DNA from: an uncultured bacterium
GTDB lineage: Bacteria; Verrucomicrobiota; Kiritimatiellia; CAIKKV01; CALHGX01
DNA length: 64,000 bases
NCBI GenBank assembly: GCA_938031185.1
Contig: CALHGX010000023.1
Location: 1,715-65,714 of the forward strand
Reading direction: 5' to 3'
Shown: positions 28,279 to 37,244 of the stretch, piece after piece
Layout of the letters: each line of letters begins with the position of its first letter
How positions within the stretch are numbered: the first letter of the stretch is position 1
Notes under the pieces: model-generated
Database searches by the model: none
What the model saw: only the letters and a program-made list of their open reading frames with translations
What the model was told of the DNA's origin: nothing
Program-made: the position numbers and the translations under genes

Positions 28279-28525
28279 GCGTCACGAGGGGCGGTATCGG
28301 CTCGGTGAAGCCGGGGGCGGCTTCGCGTCAACCCGACGCGGGCGTTCGCGCGACGTATGGAGAGGGAGGCGACGTCAAGCCGAAGGCCCGGAGGGAAAGC
28401 GAAAGCCTGTGCCGCTCAGCCCCTATGAAGGTCCTGCTTTTTCCATTGAACCGCGGGGGGCAGGCTGATACTTGTTATCGGAGCGCCTTGGCGGGGTTGG
28501 CCGCAAGGCCGAGGGAGCCATTTAC

Positions 28526-29548
28526 ATGAGCAAGACATCCAAGTCCGAAGAACCCCAGGCCGCCGCCCTGAATGCCGTTTTGGCCCAGATTCAGAAGGAG
28601 TTCGGCGAAGGCGCCATCATGCGGCTTGGTGAGGCTGAAGTGCACAAGCCGGTGCCGGCGGTGTCCACCGGCGCGTTCACGCTGGACCTGGCGCTGGGCG
28701 TGGGCGGGCTGCCGCGCGGACGTGTGGTGGAGCTGTTCGGCCCGGAATCCTCGGGAAAAACGACCGTGGCCTTGCATGTGATTGCCAGCGCGCAGAAGAA
28801 CGGTGGGCTGGCGGCGTTCATTGATGCGGAACACGCGCTGGATCCGGCGTATGCGCGGAAAATCGGCGTGAACCTGGACGAGCTGCTGGTGTCTCAGCCT
28901 TCCTCGGGCGAAGAAGCGTTGACGATTTGCGAGACGCTGATCCGGAGCAACGCGCTGGATGTGATCGTGGTGGACTCGGTGGCCGCGCTGGCGCCGAAAG
29001 CGGAAATTGACGGTGAAATGGGCGACGCGCACGTGGGGCTTCAAGCGCGGTTGATGTCGCAGGCGCTGCGGAAGCTTACGGCGGCCATCTCGTCTTCCAA
29101 GACGCTGTGCATTTTCACCAACCAGATTCGCGAGAAGATTGGCGTGATGTTCGGCAATCCGGAAACGACCCCAGGCGGGCGCGCCTTGAAGTTCTATGCG
29201 TCCGTGCGATTGGACATCCGGAAGATCAACACGCTCAAGGACGCCTCCGGGCGAGTGATCGGCTGCCGGACGCGCGTCAAGGTGGTCAAGAACAAGGTGG
29301 CGGCGCCGTTCACCGAGGCGGAGTTCGACATTCTTTTTGCCCGGGGAATCAACTGGAGCGGGTCGGTGGTGGATGCGGCGGTGGACCACGGCCTCATAGA
29401 GAAGCGGGGGTCATGGCTTTCCTTCGAAGGCACGCAGATCGGTCAGGGGCGCGACGCGGCGGCCGAGCAACTGGCGAAGGACCCCGAGCTCGAGAAGCGG
29501 CTGATCGAGAAGGTGCTCGAAAAGGCGCGGCTGCCGCACGGCGGCTGA
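28526..29548 (+). CDS. recA: Recombinase A
   Basis: [48 protein letters not shown]. Confidence 0.99.
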   Translation: MSKTSKSEEPQAAALNAVLAQIQKEFGEGAIMRLGEAEVHKPVPAVSTGAFTLDLALGVGGLPRGRVVELFGPESSGKTTVALHVIASAQKNGGLAAFIDAEHALDPAYARKIGVNLDELLVSQPSSGEEALTICETLIRSNALDVIVVDSVAALAPKAEIDGEMGDAHVGLQARLMSQALRKLTAAISSSKTLCIFTNQIREKIGVMFGNPETTPGGRALKFYASVRLDIRKINTLKDASGRVIGCRTRVKVVKNKVAAPFTEAEFDILFARGINWSGSVVDAAVDHGLIEKRGSWLSFEGTQIGQGRDAAAEQLAKDPELEKRLIEKVLEKARLPHGG

Positions 29549-29551
29549 TGG

Positions 29552-29971
29552 CTACCGCGGCCAGCGCGCTTCGACTGTGATGGCGATGCCGCCGCGGGGA
29601 TTGAAGACGCCGCGCACCTCGATGCGCCGCGGCCGAATCGCCTTCACGACATCCTCCAGAATTCGGTTGATCGCCTCTTCGTGAAACGTGGGATGGTTGC
29701 GGAAGGCGAAGAGGTACAGTTTGAGCGCCTTGCTCTCCAGACACTTGCGGTTCGGCACGTACTCGATGACGATATGGCCGAAATCCGGCTGGCTTGTGAT
29801 CGGACAGCGGGAGGTGAACTCCGGGCAATCGAAGCGCACCACGTAGGGGCGCTTCGGGAAAGGGTTCGGGAACGCCTCAAGGCGGGCTTCATCCGGCGAC
29901 TGCGGATAGGACGTGTCATTCTTTTTCAGCAAGGTCAGGCCCGCGAACCGATCGCTGCGTTTTTTCTTCAT
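29552..29971 (-). CDS. queF: NADPH-dependent 7-cyano-7-deazaguanine reductase (type I)
   Basis: EFTSRCPITSQPDF, ESKALKLYL, FHE, PRGGI. Confidence 0.96.
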   Translation of the reverse strand: MKKKRSDRFAGLTLLKKNDTSYPQSPDEARLEAFPNPFPKRPYVVRFDCPEFTSRCPITSQPDFGHIVIEYVPNRKCLESKALKLYLFAFRNHPTFHEEAINRILEDVVKAIRPRRIEVRGVFNPRGGIAITVEARWPR

Positions 29972-29975
29972 GGGG

Positions 29976-32126
29976 TTATTTCTCCGTCATACTCCAGACA
30001 CCGTCCCAGGCCGCGGGTGGATGCGCCAGCAGTTCGCGGCAGCGGGCTGCGAAGGCCGCGGAGGGCGGATCCGAAGCAGCGCCGTTCTCGAACCAGCGCA
30101 GCGCCTCATCGAAGCGTCCCGCGTAGTAGGCGGCGAGCCCCTGTGCGTAGCGGTCTAATTTCTCGCGATCGGCGGCCTGCTCCGGCGAAAGCGGCTCGAA
30201 CACGCGCACGGGTTCCTTGCGCCCCACCACGCGGATCAGTCCTATTTCGCGGGTGGGGATCGCCTCCCCCGTTTGACGCCGCGTGAACTCCGAAATCAAA
30301 ATCGAAGTGCCGAAGATTTTGTTGATGCCCTCCAGCCGCGAGGCGAGGTTGCCCGCGTCGCCCAGGAACGTGTAGTTGAAGCGCTGGCGGGAGCCCATGT
30401 TGCCGACGACGACGGGACCGGTATTGATGCCGATGCGCGCGTAGAGGTCGCGGCCGACTCGTTCGCGAAAGACCGGGCGCAGCTCGGCGAGGCGGCGCTG
30501 GCAGGCGAGCGCGGCGCGCACGGCCCGGATGGCGTGGTCCTCCTGCGCGAGCGGGGCGTTCCAGAAGGCGATTACGGCATCGCCTTCATACTTGTCCACC
30601 GTGCCGCCTTCCGCATAGATGATCTCGGTCATGGCCGTGAGGTAGTCGTTGAGCAGCGCGGTCAAGGTTTCCGGATCGAGCGCCTCCGACAACCCCGTGA
30701 ACCCCTGAACGTCAGAAAAATAGATCGAAAGCGTGCGCTGTTCGCCTCCGAGCCGGAGCCGCTCGGGATTGCGCACCAGCTCCTCGATGACGACGGGGCT
30801 GAGGTACTGGCGGAACGCGCCCTTGATGAAGCGCTTCTGGCGGCCCTCGGTGGCGTAGTTGACGACCAGCGCGCAGAGCATGGCCGGCAACGCCGCGGCC
30901 AGGGCGGGCACGACGGGCAGCCACAGGCCGGCCGCATAGTACCACAGGCCCGCCAGGGGCGGCAGAGACAGAAAGAGGAGGAACCATGCGACGGTCCATG
31001 CGGCCGAAGCAGCGGCTCGAAGGGCCATGCCGGCCAGAATGGCCAGGGCCAGGACGAAAACAGCACGCCAAAGCAGCGGCGTTTCCCGGATGAAATCCCC
31101 CGAGAGCAGGTTGTCGAGAAAGGTGGCGTGGATTTCCACACCAGGATACACCGCCGCCACCGGCGAGGACTTCAGGTCAAAGAGCCCCGGCGCCGTGAAG
31201 CCGACAAAAACGTACTTGTTTCGGAACTGATCGAGCGGCACCAGCGAATCCCCGCCTTCGCGAAGGCGTAGTTCCGACTCGATCACGGACGCAATGCTCA
31301 CGGTGGCATGGGTTTGGGAAGGCCCCCGAAAACGCAGGATGGCGAAGCCGTTTCGGTCAAGAGGAACGGCTTTCTGGCTGGCGGCGAAGATGCGGCGCGC
31401 TTCGATGCGAATTCGAGGCGCGGAATTTGCGGCAGCCCATGCGCCCATTCCCAAGGAAGGCAATGGGCGGCCATCGAAGAGCACGAGCGGTCGCAGCCGC
31501 CGATAGATGCCGTCGGAATCCGGGTTGCCGAAAACGGTGGCGAGCATGCGCGCGCGGGAAACGATCGGCGGGGTGGGAAAAGTGGCGCGGGGCACGGAGA
31601 ATATGGCGGCAACGGCGTTGGACGCGACGCTCAACTCAATGGCGGGTTCCGGCGCTTCGGAAGGCCACCGGGTTGCGTCACCCGAGGTCTGGCCGGCGAA
31701 GACGGCGATGGTGGAACCCGGCGTCGTGGCGAGGGCGGCGGCGAACGCTTCGTCGTCCTCCACACCGTAGACAGACGGCTCGGAGTAGATGACGTCAAAG
31801 ACGACCGCACGGGCGCCGGCGCGCCGGCAGAAGTCGGTCACCGCGCCGTAGACTTCGCGGGGCCAGGGCCAGGACCAGCCCCGCCGGGCACCCCAGTCGA
31901 GACTGTTCTGATCGAGAAAAACGAGCTGAATCTCTCCGGTGGCTTTGCCGGGCTTGCAGAGGAGGGAGGCGCGCCAGTCCCACGTGCGGGCCTCCCAACG
32001 TTCCAGCCAGCCGTTGCGTTCGACGATCAGCGAAATGGCGGCGGCGAGCAGCCCGATCAGGGCGCCTTGAAGCAGGCGGCCGGCGATGGCGCGGGTGGGC
32101 GTCTTTTCTGGCGGGTGAGGCCCCAT
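29976..32126 (-). CDS. CHASE2-domain class III adenylate cyclase
   Basis: WPWPR, DSDGIYRR, PGVEIHA (CHASE2); 3 TM; FSDVQGFT, DKYEGDA, YTFLGDAGNLASRLEG. Confidence 0.93.
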   Translation of the reverse strand: MGPHPPEKTPTRAIAGRLLQGALIGLLAAAISLIVERNGWLERWEARTWDWRASLLCKPGKATGEIQLVFLDQNSLDWGARRGWSWPWPREVYGAVTDFCRRAGARAVVFDVIYSEPSVYGVEDDEAFAAALATTPGSTIAVFAGQTSGDATRWPSEAPEPAIELSVASNAVAAIFSVPRATFPTPPIVSRARMLATVFGNPDSDGIYRRLRPLVLFDGRPLPSLGMGAWAAANSAPRIRIEARRIFAASQKAVPLDRNGFAILRFRGPSQTHATVSIASVIESELRLREGGDSLVPLDQFRNKYVFVGFTAPGLFDLKSSPVAAVYPGVEIHATFLDNLLSGDFIRETPLLWRAVFVLALAILAGMALRAAASAAWTVAWFLLFLSLPPLAGLWYYAAGLWLPVVPALAAALPAMLCALVVNYATEGRQKRFIKGAFRQYLSPVVIEELVRNPERLRLGGEQRTLSIYFSDVQGFTGLSEALDPETLTALLNDYLTAMTEIIYAEGGTVDKYEGDAVIAFWNAPLAQEDHAIRAVRAALACQRRLAELRPVFRERVGRDLYARIGINTGPVVVGNMGSRQRFNYTFLGDAGNLASRLEGINKIFGTSILISEFTRRQTGEAIPTREIGLIRVVGRKEPVRVFEPLSPEQAADREKLDRYAQGLAAYYAGRFDEALRWFENGAASDPPSAAFAARCRELLAHPPAAWDGVWSMTEK

Positions 32127-33040
32127 CAGATGCTCTTCGCGAACTCTGCGAAACGTTCCCGTCGCTGCGCGGGCGCCGGGGGATTCGCGGCGCCAGTGAT
32201 TTGACGGCGCGCCTCGGCGGCTCGGGCCGAGGGGTCGGGGTGTGTCCGGGCGAATCCCGGTCCGCCCGGTTTCTGGCGGCGGGCCATTTCGTTCAGCATG
32301 GCGGTGAGGCCGTTGGGATCGTAGCCGGCGCGGCGCAGAATGGCGATGGCGGTGGCGTCCGCCTGCCGCTCGAAGGAGCGGGAGTAACCGCTGTTGACGA
32401 GGGTGGCGGTGATGTCCTGGACGGCGCCTTCAAAGGTCTTGGTCAATTCGGCCAGTTCCTGGCCGCCGAGGTTCTTGGCGGATTCCGAGGCCAGCACCAT
32501 GAGGGCGGAGGTGAGACGGCTGCGGCGGATGGCCTGCAGGCCATGGCGATGCTGGACGTGCGCGATTTCGTGGGCGAGGACGGCGGCCACGGCGTCTTCG
32601 TCGGGGCAACAGCGCAGCAGGCCGCGGGAAACCAGGATGAAACCGCCCGGAGCCGCAAAGGCATTGATTTCGTCCGTGTCGAGAATCAGGAAGCGGTAGC
32701 CGCCGAAGGTTTCCGGCCGGTCGGAGAACAGCGCCAGCGCCTGGCCCAGGACATTCACGTAGTCGTTGGCCTTTTCATGGGCATACGGCTGGTACATGTT
32801 CAGAATGGTGGCGGCGACGGTGCGGCCGATGTAGTACTCCTGCTCCGGCGTGATGGACTCGAAGGTGCGGCCCACCGCTTCGGTGGAGCGCTTGATGGAG
32901 CCGGCCTGCTCTTCGGTGATGACGCCGGTGGCCGCCGCGACCGAGGCGCCGACCTCGGACACTTCACGCAGGGCGCGGCATCCGGCGGCGGTCAAGGCCG
33001 CCAGGCCGATCAGGAAGAGGCGGCGGGCATTCGTGTTCAT
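32126..33040 (-). CDS. M48 family zinc metallopeptidase lipoprotein
   Basis: AAGC lipobox, EQEYYIGR, INAFAAPGG, HEIAH, YSRSFERQAD, THP. Confidence 0.92.
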   Translation of the reverse strand: MNTNARRLFLIGLAALTAAGCRALREVSEVGASVAAATGVITEEQAGSIKRSTEAVGRTFESITPEQEYYIGRTVAATILNMYQPYAHEKANDYVNVLGQALALFSDRPETFGGYRFLILDTDEINAFAAPGGFILVSRGLLRCCPDEDAVAAVLAHEIAHVQHRHGLQAIRRSRLTSALMVLASESAKNLGGQELAELTKTFEGAVQDITATLVNSGYSRSFERQADATAIAILRRAGYDPNGLTAMLNEMARRQKPGGPGFARTHPDPSARAAEARRQITGAANPPAPAQRRERFAEFAKSI

Positions 33041-33525
33041 GGATGTCCTCCCGTCGCGAGGCCGCCTTCGGCCAGAAATGCGGCCAGCCGGGCGGGCGGA
33101 ACCGCCTGGCGTTCCATTCGATCCACCCAGGAAAAATCCACGTTTCGATTGGCGGCGCGGAACTGTTTTTCCACGTCCGCGTTGAAGCCCTTGCCGGCGA
33201 GAGCCAGCTCGCCGCTTGATGCGGCCTGCGCGGGGGTTTCCCCGGGCCGAAGCGTCACCACGCTGCGGGTGAGGGCCGAGTTGTGCACCCACCCGGTCAG
33301 CCGACCGTCTTCGGTCCGCACCCGGACCCAGCTTCCGCTTCGTTCGTCCACCGCGACCCGCTGTCCGTAAGCGAGCGCGCCGGCGACCGTGGCGAGGAAG
33401 GAGGGTGTTGTGCGAACGTCCGCCGACCGGACCTGGACGCTTAAGGTTTCCGCGGCGAACGCGCCGCGCGCCGCGACGAGCATGACGACCGCAGTGGTGA
33501 GGGCCAATCGCGCGAGCCGGATCAT
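33037..33525 (-). CDS. Secreted SH3b-domain protein
   Basis: Signal peptide, VRTTPS, WVRV...GWVH, conserved-looking ALAGKGFNADVE tail. Confidence 0.85.
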   Translation of the reverse strand: MIRLARLALTTAVVMLVAARGAFAAETLSVQVRSADVRTTPSFLATVAGALAYGQRVAVDERSGSWVRVRTEDGRLTGWVHNSALTRSVVTLRPGETPAQAASSGELALAGKGFNADVEKQFRAANRNVDFSWVDRMERQAVPPARLAAFLAEGGLATGGHP

Positions 33526-33554
33526 AGGCGCTTTTCCTCCTGCCTTTTGGGGGC

Positions 33555-33583
33555 ATGTTAGCAGACGGCGGAACGCAGTTCAA
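33555..33583 (-). promoter_or_regulatory. Candidate sigma70 promoter for the SH3-M48-cyclase-queF unit
   Basis: TTGAAC-17 nt-TAACAT with an extended -10 TG; AGGAGG SD downstream. Confidence 0.55.
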
Positions 33584-34584
33584 CCGTTTGCCGTGCCGCC
33601 GTCGGGCGCTATGCCTTCGCGCCGCCACACGTCGAGCATCAGTTCATAGCGCTGGAGGCGCATGCCGGTGTAGATGCAGTTGCTCGTCGAAAAAATGTAG
33701 CCGCCGCCGGGCATGCCGTGGCGGAGCGCGTAGCGGGCGGAGGCGATGACCTCCTCGTCCGTGCCGGTGTCGAGCATTCCGCAGCTCACATTTCCCATCA
33801 GGCACACCTCGTTCCCATACTGGCGCTTGACCTCGGCGATATCCACGCCGCCCTGGGGGTCGAGGGAGTGGAGCACATGCGGGCGGGCCTGGATGAGCTG
33901 GTCGAGAATGGGCATGATGTTGCCGTCCGTGTGCTTGATCGTGTAGAAGCCCATATCGCGCAGGGCGCGAATGGTGGCGGCGAGGTAGGGCGTGACGAAT
34001 TCCGAGAAGAGCGAAGGGCTGAGGAACGGACCGTTGTTGAAGCAGTAGTCCGAGCACATGCCGAAGCCGTCCACGCCGCCATGGCGGTGCACCATTTCCG
34101 CCACGCGCAGAGCGTCATCCACCGCGGCCTGGGCTTCCGCCTTGAGCTGCTCCGGCTCGTCGGCGATGCGCCACGAGAACTTCTCCATGCTGTTTCCACC
34201 GGGAATCGCAAAGGTGGGGTCGAGATAGAGCATGAGGAAATAGCGATCGCCGGTCTTTTCCCGGATCAGGTCCACGAGCCGCAAGCCTTCTTCGGTGCTG
34301 GTGGGGGGCGCGGGATGGACGAAGATGGCGCTGTGTTCGAACCGCTCGGCGGTCGCGATGTAGATGTCCGCCATGTCGCGGCGGTGCAGTTCCCGCTCCT
34401 TTTCCTCCATCTGCTGCCATTGGTGGTAGGAGCGGTGATGGGGATGCACCTTGCCCAGCGCCTCCATGGTCAGGTAGAACACCAGCTCGAAGTGGGGCAC
34501 GCGGCCCGGGATGGGGCGGTGTTCAATAGCGCGGATGATGGTTTCGCGAGGCGTGAGTTTTTCAGCGGACGCCATGGTGTTCAT
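33580..34584 (-). CDS. Uroporphyrinogen decarboxylase (URO-D/MtaA)-fold protein
   Basis: TPRE start, SDY, KHTDGNIMPILD, GNV, GGGYIFSTSN. ATGA overlap with the upstream ATP-grasp-GNAT gene. Confidence 0.85.
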   Translation of the reverse strand: MNTMASAEKLTPRETIIRAIEHRPIPGRVPHFELVFYLTMEALGKVHPHHRSYHQWQQMEEKERELHRRDMADIYIATAERFEHSAIFVHPAPPTSTEEGLRLVDLIREKTGDRYFLMLYLDPTFAIPGGNSMEKFSWRIADEPEQLKAEAQAAVDDALRVAEMVHRHGGVDGFGMCSDYCFNNGPFLSPSLFSEFVTPYLAATIRALRDMGFYTIKHTDGNIMPILDQLIQARPHVLHSLDPQGGVDIAEVKRQYGNEVCLMGNVSCGMLDTGTDEEVIASARYALRHGMPGGGYIFSTSNCIYTGMRLQRYELMLDVWRREGIAPDGGTANG

Positions 34585-36140
34585 AGCAGGGAAAGCTCCT
34601 CCGACAGGTCCTTGGCGCATACAATCTTATCGTCCCCGGGCGCGTAGAAATCGCGAAGTCGCGCCACGATTTCGTAGGCTGCGTCGCGGTAGAAACCGCG
34701 CGTGGATTGATATCGCGGCTGGCTCGAGGTTTCAATGATGGCCATGCGGCCGCCTTTGAGTCGGATCTGGCTTTCGGCGAATTCGAGCAAGGCCTTGCCG
34801 AGGCCACGGCGTTGGTGGGATGGCGCCACCACGATCCAGTAGATGTCGTAGCTGCCCAGCGTGCACGGGATGGGGCCGAAACAAATCCATCCGACCGGTT
34901 GCGCCTGATCCTCCACGACGAAAGACTGATAGTGCCCGAGTTCGCCCTCTTGGGCAGCTTGTTCGAGGACCTCGGCGGCCACTTCGACCTCGTCGTCCCG
35001 GAAAAAGCCGGTATGGCGGACGAGCGAAAGGACGGCGTCGAGGTCTCCGGCCCGCATCCGGCGAATGTTCGCCTCGCCCCGAGCCGTTTTCGGCTTGGCC
35101 GTCCGGCCGGATCCCGCCGCCGGTCGAGGCCGTCGGTGGTGGGCGTTTTCCACCAGGGCGGCCACGAAATCCTCGAATGGAATACCGGCGGCGTGAAGCG
35201 CCCCAACGAATCCGGTGTCCGGCGCAATGTCGGGATTGGGATTTACTTCCAAGATGAAAAGGCGGCCTTCCGAATCGGCCCGAAAATCCACCCGGGCGTA
35301 GTCCTGGCAATCCAGCGTGCTCCAGGCGGCCAGCGCATGACGGCGGAGTTGTTCCGCCAGGGCCTGATCCAAGGGCGCTGGAACGACCCGCCGGGTGTGC
35401 TGGTATTCGAAAGAGTCTGGAAGCCATTTGGCGGCGTAGTCTACGATGCGGGGGCGGTCGCGGCCGAAATCGTCGAACACCACTTCCGAGGGCGGCAAGA
35501 TCTCCACCTCGCGTCCGCGCTGATACAGGGCGACGTTCAGTTCCCGTTCGCCGACAAAAGACTCGATGAGCGCCGGTTGACGAAAATTGGCATGCACGCG
35601 CGCCACAGCCCGCCGAAGTTGTTCGAGATCTTCCGGCACAACGGACTGGGCGTCAATGCCCTCGCTGGCGTCGGTTTGAAGAGGCTTGACGATCCAGGGC
35701 GACGGGGGGAGCCGCCCCGTGTCCCACCCGTCGGACACGGGCGCCAGCACGCCCGGGGGCACCGGCAGCCCCGCTTCCCGCAGGACCGCCTTGGCGCGCC
35801 ACTTGTCGTTAGCCAGCGACTGGCAGGCGCTGGTGTTGCCGGTGCAGGATTTGCCGAAGGCCATGCAGATAGCAGGCACGTAGGCCGCGTCGGCGGGGCG
35901 ATTCGGAAAGCTTTCGACCAGATTGAAGAGAATACGCTCGGGCGTGGCCGCCAACAGGGGCGGCAGTTCGCAGAGATCGGACAACGCGGCTACGCGGTGG
36001 GATGCGCCGAGCCGGTCGAGGGCCGCGGTCACCGCCTTGACCTCCTCCAGCACGCCCACCTCGCTCTCGATGCCGTGGCCCGAGGCGGCGGCGCGCGGCG
36101 CGTTGTGAATAATCAGGACCGGTGGAAGTTTTCCGTGCAT
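34581..36140 (-). CDS. D-Ala-D-Ala-ligase-like ATP-grasp protein fused to a C-terminal GNAT acetyltransferase
   Basis: FNLVES, IVKP..TDASEGI, ESFVGERE, DYARVDFR, EVNPNPD; then IYWIVV...QRRGLGKAL, IETSS, RGFY. Confidence 0.88.
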   Translation of the reverse strand: MHGKLPPVLIIHNAPRAAASGHGIESEVGVLEEVKAVTAALDRLGASHRVAALSDLCELPPLLAATPERILFNLVESFPNRPADAAYVPAICMAFGKSCTGNTSACQSLANDKWRAKAVLREAGLPVPPGVLAPVSDGWDTGRLPPSPWIVKPLQTDASEGIDAQSVVPEDLEQLRRAVARVHANFRQPALIESFVGERELNVALYQRGREVEILPPSEVVFDDFGRDRPRIVDYAAKWLPDSFEYQHTRRVVPAPLDQALAEQLRRHALAAWSTLDCQDYARVDFRADSEGRLFILEVNPNPDIAPDTGFVGALHAAGIPFEDFVAALVENAHHRRPRPAAGSGRTAKPKTARGEANIRRMRAGDLDAVLSLVRHTGFFRDDEVEVAAEVLEQAAQEGELGHYQSFVVEDQAQPVGWICFGPIPCTLGSYDIYWIVVAPSHQRRGLGKALLEFAESQIRLKGGRMAIIETSSQPRYQSTRGFYRDAAYEIVARLRDFYAPGDDKIVCAKDLSEELSLL

Positions 36141-37123
36141 CAGCGTACACGCGACAACGCGCCTTCAAGAATCGTGCGGATGAGGTCTGAATAGGTTACC
36201 CCCTCCTGCGCGGCGATCAGGGGCAGATCGGAATGGTCCGGGTGCAGGCCGGGCAGAGGATTGACCTCCATAAACGCCGGCAAACCGTGCCGGTCGAGCC
36301 GGATGTCGACCCGGCCGGCGTCGCGGCACTCCAGGACGCGATAGCTTTCCAGCGCGAGCCGTTCCACGGCGCCGATCAACTCGTCCCGGTGCGGCCGCAC
36401 ATAGCGAACCAGTTGCTCGCAATGCTCCTTGACGTGGTAGGAATAGATGTCCGTCTGGGCGTGTTCGAGGATTTCCACTTCCATCACGCCGAGCACCCGC
36501 GCCGACGGCCCTTCACCGACCAGGCCGACGGTGAACTCACGGCCGGGCAGGTATTCCTCGATCAGGACCGGTTGCCGAAACCGGTCGATGAGCGCCCGGC
36601 AGGCGGGGACAAGATCCTCGGGCTGTTCCACTCGGGATGTGTGGTCAATGCCCTTGCCGGTGCCTTCGGCGAGGGGTTTGACGAAAAGCGGAAACTCCAG
36701 GCTGATATTGTTCAAGTGGGCCGGGTCTCGCGCCACATGGAATCGGGGCGTGTGCAGTCCTGCCGACTGCACGAGCCGTTTGGCAACGGACTTGTCCAAC
36801 GTGACGGCGCAGACCAAAGGGTCAGAGAAAGTATAGGCGATGCCGTACGCATCCAGGAGACAGGGCACTTGGGATTCGCGACCTCGGCCGGCCACGCCCT
36901 CCGCGATATTGAAGACGGCATCCCACCGGTCTCCTTTTACGAGCCGGGCGCAGAGGTTTTTCACGTGTCCGATCCGATCGGTTCGACAGCCGAGGGTTCG
37001 AATGGTTTGTTCCAGCGCGTTGATTGTGGCGTCCGAATCGAATTCCGCGACGGCCTCGGGGGAGAAACCCATGGCGAGATACTCGCTTCGCAGGTCATAA
37101 GTCAGGCCGATCAACGCGTTCAT
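36140..37123 (-). CDS. D-Ala-D-Ala-ligase-like ATP-grasp protein
   Basis: FNIAEG, RESQVP, LDK, FVKPLAEGTGKGI, EEYLPGREFTV, RDAGRVDIR, EVNPLPGL. Confidence 0.88.
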   Translation of the reverse strand: MNALIGLTYDLRSEYLAMGFSPEAVAEFDSDATINALEQTIRTLGCRTDRIGHVKNLCARLVKGDRWDAVFNIAEGVAGRGRESQVPCLLDAYGIAYTFSDPLVCAVTLDKSVAKRLVQSAGLHTPRFHVARDPAHLNNISLEFPLFVKPLAEGTGKGIDHTSRVEQPEDLVPACRALIDRFRQPVLIEEYLPGREFTVGLVGEGPSARVLGVMEVEILEHAQTDIYSYHVKEHCEQLVRYVRPHRDELIGAVERLALESYRVLECRDAGRVDIRLDRHGLPAFMEVNPLPGLHPDHSDLPLIAAQEGVTYSDLIRTILEGALSRVR

Positions 37124-37244
37124 GGCCGGTTATGAGACCACACGCATCCGCGCGTTGTCAAGGCGCGCGCCGGAGGGGACCGGTTTGGACGGTGTGTGGC
37201 ATAGGGCGCAGCGCGGCGGATCGTTGCCGGACGGCCGGAGGCGA

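Noticed and set aside
28430-28525. SOS (LexA) box upstream of recA
   Set aside because: I could not find a convincing palindrome of any LexA box type I know.
29971-29976. preQ1 riboswitch upstream of queF
   Set aside because: queF starts 4 nt after the cyclase stop, leaving no leader, and no preQ1 motif is visible.
32126-33628. 500-aa version of the M48 peptidase
   Set aside because: The N-terminal extension is an off-frame reading of the SH3 gene. The lipoprotein signal starts at 33040.
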